Assembly (NCBI GenBank): GCA_048882485.1
Contig: JBHLRP010000002.1
Span: 134,527-198,526, forward strand
Source of the DNA: Candidatus Thorarchaeota archaeon
Lineage (GTDB): Archaea > Asgardarchaeota > Thorarchaeia > Thorarchaeales > Thorarchaeaceae
Direction: 5' to 3'
DNA: 64,000 nucleotides
A program made the translations under genes and the position numbers. A model generated the notes under the pieces. It did no database searches. It saw only the letters and a list, made by a program, of their open reading frames with translations, and had not been told where the DNA came from. The first letter of the stretch is position 1. The number at the start of each line of letters is the position of its first letter. Of the stretch, positions 46,703-57,187 are shown one piece after another.

Positions 46703-48073
46703 GTGCTCATGATGATAGAGGAGAAGACACTGCTTGATCTCTGCAGATTTGCTGTTGACACGGGGAAGAACAATGGCGCTGATGACATTGAGGTACAGGC
46801 GACAGCACAATCAGAAGTAGAATCCGATATTCGCATGGGTCAGGTTAGCCAGGTGAACAAGAACGACTTGACAGAAATTGCAATTAGGCTCTATATTGGG
46901 AAGAGAATGGGGTCAGCTTTCACCAATATGCCAACAAAGGAAGCTGTTGCAGAAGCAATCAACTTGGCTATTTCTGAGGCGAAGGCCACTACTCCTGACG
47001 ATGATTGGTCTGGATTACCGAGTCCATCAGACGATTATCCGGCTATTGAAGGTGTGTGGCAGGATTCAGTCTTGAAATCGGAATCTGGAGAGATAGTTGA
47101 AATTGCAGGAAAGGCACTTGCCATGGCATCTGAGGCTGAGCCGGGAATGATGCTGGTTTTTGGTGGTTCAGGAGCTATTGCGTTTACTTCAGCCTATTCA
47201 AATAGTAACGATATCAATCATTCAGAAAGGGGCACGGCAGCTTACGTGGCTTTAGCTGGAGTTGCTCAGTCTGAATCAGGTATGACTCCAACGGTTTCTT
47301 CCGTTGACATACGTCGTAGCATGGATATAGATATAGACAGTCCTATCAATGATGTAGCCTCATTTATACGCCTTTGCAAGAATCTTGCAGAAGGGAAGTC
47401 TGGGAAGCATATTGTGATTTTCCATCCCAGCGCTTACGCACAGGTTATGCAATATACATTGATTCAGTCAGTTCGTGGTGACAATGTTGCGCGAGGCAAA
47501 TCCAAAATTGGAAACAAGATTGGTGAGAAGATCGCATCCGAAAAGCTGACCATAATAGATGATGGTATTCATCCGCGAGGTCTTGCTAGTTCCTCAGCCG
47601 ATGATGAGGGCGTGCCAAGACAAAAGACAAAGATTATCGAGAATGGTGTTCTGCGTTCATTCCTATGGGATACGTATTGGGCAAACAAGATGGGAGTGAA
47701 AAGCACAGGCAATGCCCGGCGAAACATGAGGCGAGGTCTTGTTGATATATCTCCAAGCAACTTGGTAGTTGAGCCAGGTACACGTAATATTGAGGACATT
47801 ATCAAGGAAATTGACTATGGCTACTACATCCGAGGAGTCCAAGGAGCACACAGCTCAAATCCAGAGTCCGGGGACTTCAGCATTGTCGGTAATCCTGCAA
47901 TTCTTATTGAAAAAGGAGAGCTAATAGGTGCTGTAAATGGATTGATGGTGTCAGGCAACATCTTTGATATGCTGAACCAAGTGGCTGAAATTGCTAGAAC
48001 TCCTCATTTCTTACAAAGCGTCATTGGGCCTGAAATTGCCTTCAAAGACGTTTCAATCATCACAAAGGAGTGA
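46703..48073 (+). CDS. pmbA: TldE/PmbA subunit
   Basis: DDEGVP, STGNARR, SGDFS, no HExxxH; directly follows tldD. Confidence 0.9.
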   Translation: MLMMIEEKTLLDLCRFAVDTGKNNGADDIEVQATAQSEVESDIRMGQVSQVNKNDLTEIAIRLYIGKRMGSAFTNMPTKEAVAEAINLAISEAKATTPDDDWSGLPSPSDDYPAIEGVWQDSVLKSESGEIVEIAGKALAMASEAEPGMMLVFGGSGAIAFTSAYSNSNDINHSERGTAAYVALAGVAQSESGMTPTVSSVDIRRSMDIDIDSPINDVASFIRLCKNLAEGKSGKHIVIFHPSAYAQVMQYTLIQSVRGDNVARGKSKIGNKIGEKIASEKLTIIDDGIHPRGLASSSADDEGVPRQKTKIIENGVLRSFLWDTYWANKMGVKSTGNARRNMRRGLVDISPSNLVVEPGTRNIEDIIKEIDYGYYIRGVQGAHSSNPESGDFSIVGNPAILIEKGELIGAVNGLMVSGNIFDMLNQVAEIARTPHFLQSVIGPEIAFKDVSIITKE

Positions 48074-48182
48074 AGCCTATCTGTAATTCAGATTATATCA
48101 GGTGGTATGAAGAGTTCATTAGGCAAAAGCATATCAGAAGCATTTTCTGAACGACAAAAGAGTCCAGCTAGAGGGTACACAA

Positions 48183-51100
48183 ATGCTCAGACGCTATCTA
48201 ATACTTGGATTGTTCATTATTACTCTAGTAGTCCCAGTGGCCGCCAGAGATGGAGCTGTTCCCAATTTCATGGTGGATTCAGCTGGCCCCTCTATTGGAA
48301 CACAACTCAAGATGGAACTATCAGGAATCAATGCTGTCCAAGAAAGCCGACGCACGATTCTTCAATTCCAGCATCAATTGTCTAATCGAGAAATTGAGTT
48401 CGCTGAATCAATGGGAGTCGAGTTCGAAAGAAGAAGTGGCTCTATTGTTAATGTTGGGTTGGTTTACTCTGCACGAGCTAGCAGTATCGAGTCTCTTCAA
48501 ACACTTGCTGAAATTGGGCTCGTTCGTGCCTCTTCTGGAGAGAAACAGTATGTTCCTTCTTTGATATCATCTGTTCCTGCCACAAAGGCACCTGATGTTT
48601 GGACTCATCTAAAGGAGAATGGTAATAGTATCAATGGGTCTGGCGTAACTGTTGCTGTAATTGATACTGGTGTCAATATGAATCATCCCAGCTTCTGGCG
48701 ACTTTCGGGAGGTCCCTATCAAGTCCTTGATGGAGGCGCCGAATATTTCGTTGACATAAATGGCAATGCAATTCCAGATTCCAATGAAGGTCCAATCAGT
48801 CATATAGACCTCCAGAGTCCCTCCACCATAGAATGGGCGAATGAGTACATGTTTATTGATATTGATGGGAATAATGTCTTCGAGTACGATGAAGGTGACC
48901 GCTGGCTTGGTGGAATAGATGTCAATACCAACGGACGTATTGACTTACCATCCGAGGAGGTTGTCACATTTGGCGAGTCAAAAATCGTCCTTCTATATGA
49001 CCAGGAAAATGGTCTTGTCTATGAAAGAGGCACCAATCTCACCACACTGGGCATTTTTGTGACTGACTCTAATGGGCATGGAACACATGTGTCATCAACG
49101 ATTGTTGGTGGCCAGCCTGGATATACGAGCTATGTTGGAGTGGCTCCAGGTGCAGACCTGATTGCAATTGAGAGTCCACTGAAATCAAGTGACATACTAG
49201 ATGCGATTCACTTCGCAGTGGAGAATGGTGCAGATATCATCAACATGTCCTTCTCAAGCTACCTTGGATTTCTAGATGGAACAGATATCGAGGACCTGGC
49301 AGTTACTGAGGCGTTCCTAAACTATGGTGTTGTAGGTACGACTGCAGCAGGAAACCTTGGAAACGCTGTGACATCTCCAAAGCATGCACACTTCACAGTT
49401 CCAGTTGGAGGCAATGCAAGTGCAGGTCTAACGGTTGGCACGCCTCCTGATGCCTCGTTTATCAGCTTCCTATGGAGAAGCACCGACCGAGATGAGCATG
49501 TCTTCCTGAAGACTCCAAGTGGTGCGACGATAGATACTGGTCAATTCTTGGAAATTGATGGGAGTTCCTCTGTGATTGAAGAACCAGAACTTTATGCATA
49601 TGCGTTCGCAGAAACTAGTCTTCGTGGCATGCACAATCTTCTAATTCAAGTGTCTGAGGATGATCATAACTGGACCTCCGGATCATGGTCGGTTGGGCTT
49701 ACAAATCCGACAGGAGATACGATTAATGTCGACGCCTATGCATGGGACAATATGTGGGTTGGATCGAATCTGCGATTCACAACTCAAATCGAAAACACTA
49801 GAACAATCAGTTCCCCGGGTACCGCGGACCTCGCGGTAACTGTAGGTTGCTATGATGATGGAACGAGTGGATTATACTCGTCAACAAGCAGAGGTCCACG
49901 GATTGATGGGGCAAAAACAATCACTGTCGCAGGACCAGGAGCAAATATCTACGCCGCATCTGAATCTATTTCCAATCTCTGGACGACGCGGAGTGGCACA
50001 AGCATGGCAAGTCCTCATGTTGCTGGAGTTCTCGCACTAATTAGGCAGGCCTCTCCCGAACAAAGTGCTTGGTCTGACCTTACTGCTCTTACAGCCGGTG
50101 CAGGCGCCCAGGAATCCCACTACAATCCAGCAGATGATGCATGGGGATATGGAGCTGTGGACTCTGTTTGGTCCGTCAGACATGTGCTCAGTTCGCCTAT
50201 CACCTATGGTATGAGTGTTACAGAATGGACCGGCTATGAAGATATCCTGACCTCCAATACCGACCTCTCTCTTGGCGGAGACCTTGACATTCTGAGTATA
50301 AAGGCACATCAGAGTACTGACCGCTTGGTCATAGCGGCTACAATGAGATCTGCTGCTAACTTCAACGGTGACAATGTCCTAACCCTGCATTGGGATACAG
50401 ATTCAGAGATTACTACGGGTCTCCAGGGCGCAGACATCCAAGTGAATCTAACAGGCGGAATTGCCACGGCATACGAATGGAATGGTTCTTCCTATTCACC
50501 TACAGCTCTTTCTGTAGACCGCTGGACTGACTCGCAGACGGCCTTCATCAACATCGAGAAAAGCAATGCTGATGTTCGTGGTCGAATCTTTGTTTCAACT
50601 AGCAATCTTACGATATCACCTGCGGATCAGACTGGTTTCGCAGTACTGACGAATCAATGGAGGCCATTGGTGTCATCCCTCGAAGTTGAATCGGCGGATG
50701 ATATGTTCGATGTTGTAATCAAGATGTCAGATCGAGATGATCCGGCCCAGTCTTTCACAATCCAATGGAGCGTCTTGGATGAGAACTATGCAGTTGTCAG
50801 CACGGATCTAGAAATTGGACAAGAGAATGCCACGGTTGAGGTCCAGGTGGATTTGCAGAGTTACGATCATCCATACTCCATTTTCTTCAATGTGAGTGAT
50901 TCGCATTATACAGCTAATCTGCCACCTGTAATTCTGGCTGCGGAGATTACCACTCTTCGAATCTCTAGTGCATCACTTGACCAAGAGGAAGTCCATATTG
51001 GCCCATTTCTAATTGCCCGTATAACGGGGGAGATCGTTGTAGAAGGCTACATCCTAGCCGATAGAGTCTGGATAAGCTTCCAGCGCTATGGGAGTGTAGT

Positions 51101-51356
51101 TCTCAATTTCACATTGAATGGAGCGGGAGGAATTTATCCCATTGACATAGTGCCTTCATCATTTGCCGGAGGAGAATACGATGTTTATGCTTCCGCTTCG
51201 AGTATCACAGGGCAATCAGTAGAGTTACATATCGGCACACTACTCATTATAGAAGACAATTCGATGATTGTTCTACTTGCCGGAGTAGCTATTGGAGTTA
51301 TTGTCATTCTATACTACATCCCCCGGGCAATCTCTCGAAGAAGAGGTGATGCATGA
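48183..51356 (+). CDS. Membrane-anchored S8 subtilisin-like protease (paralogue of 33554..36226)
   Basis: Signal peptide; VIDTG, HGTHVSS, AAGN, SRGP, SGTSMASPHVAG; C-terminal TM. Confidence 0.92.
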   Translation: MLRRYLILGLFIITLVVPVAARDGAVPNFMVDSAGPSIGTQLKMELSGINAVQESRRTILQFQHQLSNREIEFAESMGVEFERRSGSIVNVGLVYSARASSIESLQTLAEIGLVRASSGEKQYVPSLISSVPATKAPDVWTHLKENGNSINGSGVTVAVIDTGVNMNHPSFWRLSGGPYQVLDGGAEYFVDINGNAIPDSNEGPISHIDLQSPSTIEWANEYMFIDIDGNNVFEYDEGDRWLGGIDVNTNGRIDLPSEEVVTFGESKIVLLYDQENGLVYERGTNLTTLGIFVTDSNGHGTHVSSTIVGGQPGYTSYVGVAPGADLIAIESPLKSSDILDAIHFAVENGADIINMSFSSYLGFLDGTDIEDLAVTEAFLNYGVVGTTAAGNLGNAVTSPKHAHFTVPVGGNASAGLTVGTPPDASFISFLWRSTDRDEHVFLKTPSGATIDTGQFLEIDGSSSVIEEPELYAYAFAETSLRGMHNLLIQVSEDDHNWTSGSWSVGLTNPTGDTINVDAYAWDNMWVGSNLRFTTQIENTRTISSPGTADLAVTVGCYDDGTSGLYSSTSRGPRIDGAKTITVAGPGANIYAASESISNLWTTRSGTSMASPHVAGVLALIRQASPEQSAWSDLTALTAGAGAQESHYNPADDAWGYGAVDSVWSVRHVLSSPITYGMSVTEWTGYEDILTSNTDLSLGGDLDILSIKAHQSTDRLVIAATMRSAANFNGDNVLTLHWDTDSEITTGLQGADIQVNLTGGIATAYEWNGSSYSPTALSVDRWTDSQTAFINIEKSNADVRGRIFVSTSNLTISPADQTGFAVLTNQWRPLVSSLEVESADDMFDVVIKMSDRDDPAQSFTIQWSVLDENYAVVSTDLEIGQENATVEVQVDLQSYDHPYSIFFNVSDSHYTANLPPVILAAEITTLRISSASLDQEEVHIGPFLIARITGEIVVEGYILADRVWISFQRYGSVVLNFTLNGAGGIYPIDIVPSSFAGGEYDVYASASSITGQSVELHIGTLLIIEDNSMIVLLAGVAIGVIVILYYIPRAISRRRGDA

Positions 51357-52642
51357 AAATGAAAATCGCAATCATTGGATATGGTCCTGGAGGTGTCGCG
51401 GCAGCTACAGCAGCCAAGACTTTTGATCCAAGTTCAGAGATTGTAATCATAACAGATGAAACACTTCCAGCTCATAGGAAACCCGGCGCCACGATGGCTC
51501 TTGAGCATCCTGAAACCCGTGAGCTTGAGATTCGTGATTGGTCCTATGATTCTCTCAAGAAGAGAGGGATTGAGGTCAAGACTGGCGTGAAGGTAGTCGG
51601 CGGTGACTTGGATGAGAGGAGCTTGGACCTCGTTTCAAGTGATGGGAAGTCCTCATCCATTCAATACGACCGCTTGATCATCGCAACAGGCGGAGTTCCT
51701 TCTGTACCTGAGTTGCCTGGTAAAGATCTCCCGGGAGCCTACACAATCCAGTCGATGGCCGAAACATCCGTAATAGGCAAGGAGCTGAACAAAGCAGATA
51801 CTGTCGCTATTGTAGGCGCTGGATTCAGTGGGCTTGAAACCGCAGAACGCCTTTACAAAATGGGAAAGGAAGTTCATCTCATTATCCGATCCCGACTAAT
51901 GAGAAAGCAGTTGGAAGAGGAAATGAGTGAAGAGCTCTTGTCGCGTATTCCTCGTGGAATTAAACTACATCTTGGTTCCGCTCCTACATCAATTATTGGT
52001 ACAGAGCGTGTAACTGGAATTGAAGTTGGTGGGAACACAATAGACACCAGCATTGTCCTATTCATGACTGGTGTTCGACCGAATTCTTCCTTAGCGGAGA
52101 AGCTTGGTCTCAAGATTGGTGCACTAGGCGGTATTGCTATCAACAATCTAACTGAAACGAGCAAAGATGGAGTCTTCGCAGTTGGCGACTGTGTTGAGAT
52201 GACTGATTCTCTGAGCGGCACTCCTCGACTAATGCCAATTGGTAGCACAGCTGCAAGGGCAGGAAGGCAAGCGGGTGTCGCAGCAGTGGGTAGAGACAAG
52301 GTATACAATGACACATCAATAATGCTTCAATATGATCGAATCTTCGACACCGATATTGTTTGTGTCGGTCATTCCACAACCAGTGCAAAGGATGCAGGTC
52401 TTGAAACTGAAGTCCAGTATCTAGAGGACTCTAATGAAGCGATGAAGGTCGCATTGGTGACTAGCAAGGAAGGTCGCCTAATTGGCGGGCAGGTCCTCTC
52501 GGCAAGAATGGGCGCTCGAGTAGGTTATGAGATACTCAACCGAGTGGAAGCTGGCTCTACCCTTAGCGAACGACCGCTGCTTCAAGCCAGACATGACCAG
52601 ATTCTATCTCTTTTGGAACGAACATTTGGACCTATGAAATAG
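51353..52642 (+). CDS. FAD/NAD(P)-dependent oxidoreductase (NADH oxidase/rubredoxin reductase-like)
   Basis: IIGYGPGG, ATGG, VGAGFSGLE, FAVGDC; ATGA overlap with the upstream gene. Confidence 0.88.
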   Translation: MKMKIAIIGYGPGGVAAATAAKTFDPSSEIVIITDETLPAHRKPGATMALEHPETRELEIRDWSYDSLKKRGIEVKTGVKVVGGDLDERSLDLVSSDGKSSSIQYDRLIIATGGVPSVPELPGKDLPGAYTIQSMAETSVIGKELNKADTVAIVGAGFSGLETAERLYKMGKEVHLIIRSRLMRKQLEEEMSEELLSRIPRGIKLHLGSAPTSIIGTERVTGIEVGGNTIDTSIVLFMTGVRPNSSLAEKLGLKIGALGGIAINNLTETSKDGVFAVGDCVEMTDSLSGTPRLMPIGSTAARAGRQAGVAAVGRDKVYNDTSIMLQYDRIFDTDIVCVGHSTTSAKDAGLETEVQYLEDSNEAMKVALVTSKEGRLIGGQVLSARMGARVGYEILNRVEAGSTLSERPLLQARHDQILSLLERTFGPMK

Positions 52643-55529
52643 AAGGCGGAGGAGTGTAATCATCCGGTTGCGGCTCTGGCTGAAACTCTATGATTCTCCG
52701 TCGTTTTGGTTTTCTTCGGATAATTGCAACATAGAGGAGTGACACGCCTACCACGCCTAGCAAGCTGAAAGTCACCACATTGATGAACAAATCATCAGCT
52801 GGGTCAAGTGGAACAAGAAATAGCTTGTTGAAAGTCTTGACATTGTCTTCAGCATCAGTAGCAACTATGGTGACCTCAAAGAAACCGCCGCTTGAAAGGA
52901 TGAAATCTGTCGAATACTTGTATCCCAATGACTCTGTTATACTGCCTGTAATATCTTCACCATTGGGACCAATGATAGTGATTGTGACATCCACTAGGTC
53001 GTCATCGAACACATACGTTGTTAAATTCGCGAGCTCTCCTATGCGATCAGTATCTAGGTCCACATCATAGATGCGTGGAGTCGCAGATTGAATGGCACCA
53101 GCTAGATTCCTGAGCAGGTTCAGGTTGTCTGCCTCTCCACGAATAGCATCATACAGGATATCATCATACAGAGTGGAGCCATCAGAGATTACAATCACTT
53201 TTCCTTCACCTGATTCGGCAACAGCTACAATGGCTTCTGTCTTGGCAGCATCCAGCCAGAAGAGTCCCCTGGCTCCCGCCACAGACGTATCGACTTTTAG
53301 AGTACTCCCCCATAGGACGTAAAGATTTGAAACCCCGTCCATTAGAGGATCTGCTTCTACCGCTCCTCCGAAATCCTCTCCATAGAAGGCACCCGTGAAT
53401 GTGTTAGGACCTTCCCCAATACCTTCTCTTAGGCATTCGATTCCATATGGTTCTAGAATTCTATTATAGTCAGCAAACCCAAATGAGGCCTGTCCAGTGG
53501 TTTCGTTGTAGTATTCGGAGAGCACAATAAGTGTCCCGCCCTGTTCTACAAAATCATGCAAAGCCTGAATCTCACCTGAGCCATAGGCTGTTTCTGTGTC
53601 CATGATCATGAAGGCTTCAGTTGTTGCCAGATCACTGAGCATTATGCTTGGCTGGTTAAAGAACGACTCTCCACCGAATTGGTCCAAGACTACTCCCCGC
53701 TCTCGAAGATAGTCCTGAAAGTATCTGTATGCCGATGGGTCATCAATGTCCTCATCGTGATGAGCCATGTCAACAAGAAGCCGACCGCCATACGTAGTGA
53801 TTGAGAACTCGATTTCAAGACTCGTGTGGTTCAATCCGCCAGAGGCAAGTTTCAGCTCTCCCGAATAATATCCTATTGAGCTGAGGGGAAGATCGCTCTG
53901 TACGTCGAGTCCGATTGGAAAGTAGCTGTAGCCGGTCCCGACCTGAACCTGGCTCTGTCCAGTTCTCACAAACTGACTGGCATTTCCTTCAACAATTATG
54001 TCTACAGTTCCTAGGGAATGAGTTGAGATGATGGTAATATTCTGGTCTGGTCGGTCCTCTCCCACAATCTGGACGGATGATGTACCGGGCAAAGTGGGAT
54101 ACCTGCGAGGCGTCATCATTGTGAGTTCGCCAGAACCTGCGGCTATTATCTCAGAAGAAAGCGTGACATTCGGCAATCCCCACCCCTGCTCCATTGAGTC
54201 TGCTCCAAGGTCTGTCGCTCCGGCCATCACCGCAATCTTGGCTTCAGTTGGAGTGAGACCGGGATGCTTCTGTATCAACATGGCGAGAAGTCCAGCAACT
54301 TCCGGTGCTGACGCTGAGGTTCCAGACCACTGTGTATATAGCTCCCCATATTCAGCCAGTTCATAGATTGGATACTCAAGCGGATCGGAGTCAATCCATC
54401 GGGCTGATACAACCGATGAACCGGGCGCTACAACATCTGGCTTTGCATGAAGACCTAGGGGATCATTAATATTCCTCTCAACTGGCCCCCTACTGCTAAA
54501 TGCTACTATTCCTGCTGAACCAGCAGAGGCTCCCACCGTTATTGCTTCTTGGGTAATTCCCGGCGTGTTTATTGTGAACGAGGCGGGGCCTGAATTACCT
54601 GCCGCCACAACAACAGAAACTCCAGCAACCACTGCCGCTTTGATAGCCAAGACAGACGGCTCAACAATGAATTGACTCTCAGTCCAGGGGCCACCTAGAC
54701 TAAGGCTGATGACATCAACTCCTTGGTCAACTGCGAACTCAATACCTTCTGCAATGACAGAGTCCGCTCCCGAACCGTCACTTTCCAGTACCTTGATTAT
54801 TAAGAGATCGGCTCCTGGAGCGGTTCCAGTAAAATTGCCTCCACTCGCCGCACCTGAACCTGCAGCGTTCGAAGCGACCACGGTCCCATGTCCGTTGTCA
54901 TCATAAGCATCGATTCCATCGCTCGGATTCATATCAGTGCCGAGTCCAATGAAATCTCTGAAACCTATTAATTGTCCCTGAAGATCGGGATGGTCTCCTT
55001 GGGCGCCGCTATCAAGTACAGCTATCGTTGTTCCATTGCCGTAATAGCCCTCTGCCCACATCTTCCCAGTATCAAGGGTTTCAGTAAAATGTTCATAATC
55101 TAGGTCCTGACTTATTGTGTGGTACTCAATGGGCTCATCTATCAATACCTGTTTCGTTGCATCCAGACAGATGCCTTGGACGGAATAGAGTCTAGAGAGA
55201 GCCTCAATCTCGATCGGAGATGCATAAAGTGACACAGCCGGAATTAGATGAAACACATGACGCACTTCAATGCCATTTAGACCTAGGCTGGCAATTGCCA
55301 CACTAATACTGCCGGTGGTAGTTCCTTCAGGGAAATATACCACAATTGGCAGCCTCTCTCCGGTTGATGCGTGGTCTATTGCCGCTGCAAGGAATGGATC
55401 AATGATTGGATTTGTTGAAGCCACCTTCTTTTTAGCATCCACTAGAATCAAAGATGTTGGCATCAACAACGTGAAGATCAAAAGAACTGCAAAGAGTTTT
55501 GCTTTGTAGCTGCGATGGTATCTGTCCAT
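52632..55529 (-). CDS. Membrane-anchored S8 protease with an MBTPS1/Site-1-protease-like C-terminal domain
   Basis: VLDSG, HGTVVA, AAGNSGP, FSSRGP, KPDVVAPG, SGTSASAPEVAG, QGWG; C-terminal TM; start likely MDRY (55529). Confidence 0.9.
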   Translation of the reverse strand: MDRYHRSYKAKLFAVLLIFTLLMPTSLILVDAKKKVASTNPIIDPFLAAAIDHASTGERLPIVVYFPEGTTTGSISVAIASLGLNGIEVRHVFHLIPAVSLYASPIEIEALSRLYSVQGICLDATKQVLIDEPIEYHTISQDLDYEHFTETLDTGKMWAEGYYGNGTTIAVLDSGAQGDHPDLQGQLIGFRDFIGLGTDMNPSDGIDAYDDNGHGTVVASNAAGSGAASGGNFTGTAPGADLLIIKVLESDGSGADSVIAEGIEFAVDQGVDVISLSLGGPWTESQFIVEPSVLAIKAAVVAGVSVVVAAGNSGPASFTINTPGITQEAITVGASAGSAGIVAFSSRGPVERNINDPLGLHAKPDVVAPGSSVVSARWIDSDPLEYPIYELAEYGELYTQWSGTSASAPEVAGLLAMLIQKHPGLTPTEAKIAVMAGATDLGADSMEQGWGLPNVTLSSEIIAAGSGELTMMTPRRYPTLPGTSSVQIVGEDRPDQNITIISTHSLGTVDIIVEGNASQFVRTGQSQVQVGTGYSYFPIGLDVQSDLPLSSIGYYSGELKLASGGLNHTSLEIEFSITTYGGRLLVDMAHHDEDIDDPSAYRYFQDYLRERGVVLDQFGGESFFNQPSIMLSDLATTEAFMIMDTETAYGSGEIQALHDFVEQGGTLIVLSEYYNETTGQASFGFADYNRILEPYGIECLREGIGEGPNTFTGAFYGEDFGGAVEADPLMDGVSNLYVLWGSTLKVDTSVAGARGLFWLDAAKTEAIVAVAESGEGKVIVISDGSTLYDDILYDAIRGEADNLNLLRNLAGAIQSATPRIYDVDLDTDRIGELANLTTYVFDDDLVDVTITIIGPNGEDITGSITESLGYKYSTDFILSSGGFFEVTIVATDAEDNVKTFNKLFLVPLDPADDLFINVVTFSLLGVVGVSLLYVAIIRRKPKRRRIIEFQPEPQPDDYTPPPSIS

Positions 55530-55705
55530 ATGTGTGTCCGTCCAAGCGGAACTTTTCCGGTATTCAGATAAGGCTTTTCTTGAGTGCCAGATGGTAGGAA
55601 TGCTCCCAGCTCGGCTATGCCGAGAAATGAGAGTATAACCGTTTTTGCGTAATATTAGGTGAGGATGGGTCAGGAAGACTTGTCCTGAAAGAGGTGCTGT
55701 GTAAG

Positions 55706-55996
55706 ATGAGTACAAAACCGCGGATATACGAACGCCGACTTCAAATCAAACATTTCTTTGACGATCGGGACACCGGTGCAAAGAGAAGGACTTGGCTTGA
55801 GGTTCAGCTTCAACCCCCGGAAAAGACCGAAGAGGGTTGGGTTAATGATGGGAAAATCCGCATTTCATTGGGTGAGGATCGCGATGTTAAGGGAGCTTTT
55901 CTTCTGAATATAGATGAGGCCAGCAGGCTGTTCAAGACCCTTGAAACAATCGTTGAGGACCATGAAAGGATGAAGGGCGATCTCTGGAAGCGCTAG
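55706..55996 (+). CDS. Hypothetical protein (96 aa)
   Basis: GAGGTG SD upstream; beta-rich segment followed by a helix. Confidence 0.75.
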   Translation: MSTKPRIYERRLQIKHFFDDRDTGAKRRTWLEVQLQPPEKTEEGWVNDGKIRISLGEDRDVKGAFLLNIDEASRLFKTLETIVEDHERMKGDLWKR

Positions 55997-56007
55997 ACGC
56001 TCGGACG

Positions 56008-56039
56008 GTTCTGTCCCTAGATATTCTGTGGGACAGAAC
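56008..56039. terminator. Stem-loop GTTCTGTCCC-N12-GGGACAGAAC
   Basis: Perfect 10-bp stem 11 nt after the stop at 55996. Confidence 0.45.
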
Positions 56040-56095
56040 GCCATGATTTTCTATTTCTATCTAGATACCCAGAATATACTTATTCAGCGATTTTC

Positions 56096-57187
56096 ATGAT
56101 ATTCTCCAGCGTAACAGGAGGATATGCAATGGCCAATCCTAACTTCATCGCCGGCTTTCGTGCAGCCATAGACATCACATATCCAGAGGTGGATGTTCTA
56201 GCAGTGACACCCTATGTCTTGCCGCTTCTTTTCATTGGAGTTGTCATTCTACTGTATCAGCGGCATTTGCCTCAAGATAGCGGTAGACGAAACATGTTGG
56301 TAGCGGCTGGCGGTGGGAGTTTCATCGCAGGGATAATCATACTTCTCTATGCATCATTCGGCGGCACACCATGGGTTCCGGGCCAAGACTTTGGAACATA
56401 TGAGGAGGTCATGGGTGTGATTCAGATCATGACAGACCTGATATATGGAGATATCTTCATTGGAGCCCTTTACATGATTGTCCTGACGGTTGTATTTGGT
56501 GCTATAGCAAGCAAAGTGATCTCTCCTCCTGATCCAGACTTCGTGGCACTCAGAGATGTTCTCAAAGAAGCCCAGGACAAGATGAAATCCATGAAGGACG
56601 CTGTTCAGAAATTGGAGGGGGAGAATAAGGAGCTGAATGAGTTTCTCTCAGAAAAGGAAAATTCACTAACCGCATTACAGGGGCAATTGGATGCTATTAG
56701 GGAGGAAGTCGCCGAGAGAGAAAAAGCGATGAAGGCAATGGAGGCAAGTCTAAGCTCTGCGGGAATGAGCCCCGACCAAGAACAGGAGCTTTTGCAGACT
56801 ATTTCAGTGAAAGACCAGACTATCAGTAATCTTCAGGCTGAGATTGAGATGTTGAGGGAGTCGGGCGCTGTACCAGGTGCTGTCGACGCTGATAGCATGG
56901 CAAAGCTACAGGACTATATTCGCAGAGCAGAAACAGCCTCAGAAGTGTCTGACAGTGTCATTTCAGACCTTGCTGAATTAATCTCTCAGGTTGAGAGCAG
57001 TTCATTAGATGTGTCTGCTCAGATTGCTCTAACTAGTCTAATCAAGACAATGGGAAGGGCGATGGGTAGAGTGTCTGCACCCCCCAGCGGACTAGTTAAG
57101 GCAGAGCCCAAGATTGAGCTTATCGGAGCAGTAATGATAGCACATGAGATAGTCGATGGAATAAAGAAGATCAGCCGAGGATCCTAA
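56096..57187 (+). CDS. Membrane protein with a long cytoplasmic coiled coil
   Basis: 3-4 TM segments then heptad repeats (LKEAQDKMKSMKDAVQKLEGENKEL...). Confidence 0.75.
   Translation: MIFSSVTGGYAMANPNFIAGFRAAIDITYPEVDVLAVTPYVLPLLFIGVVILLYQRHLPQDSGRRNMLVAAGGGSFIAGIIILLYASFGGTPWVPGQDFGTYEEVMGVIQIMTDLIYGDIFIGALYMIVLTVVFGAIASKVISPPDPDFVALRDVLKEAQDKMKSMKDAVQKLEGENKELNEFLSEKENSLTALQGQLDAIREEVAEREKAMKAMEASLSSAGMSPDQEQELLQTISVKDQTISNLQAEIEMLRESGAVPGAVDADSMAKLQDYIRRAETASEVSDSVISDLAELISQVESSSLDVSAQIALTSLIKTMGRAMGRVSAPPSGLVKAEPKIELIGAVMIAHEIVDGIKKISRGS

Noticed and set aside
4318-48073. SagB-like dehydrogenase and TldD/E as parts of the rSAM RiPP cluster (microcin B17/azole-type pathway)
   Set aside because: They lie 17-20 kb from the rSAM locus, no YcaO is present, and stand-alone SagB and TldD/E are common in archaea.
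51353-52642. CoA-disulfide reductase with a lost redox Cys as a novelty
   Set aside because: HRKPG in place of the Cys motif is normal for rubredoxin/ferredoxin reductase-type members of the family.
55530-55715. Long N-terminal extensions in the ORF track (52632..55715; also 37813..39234 and 30140..30670)
   Set aside because: Downstream starts give a proper signal peptide, SD or domain start; the extensions overlap promoters or neighbouring genes.
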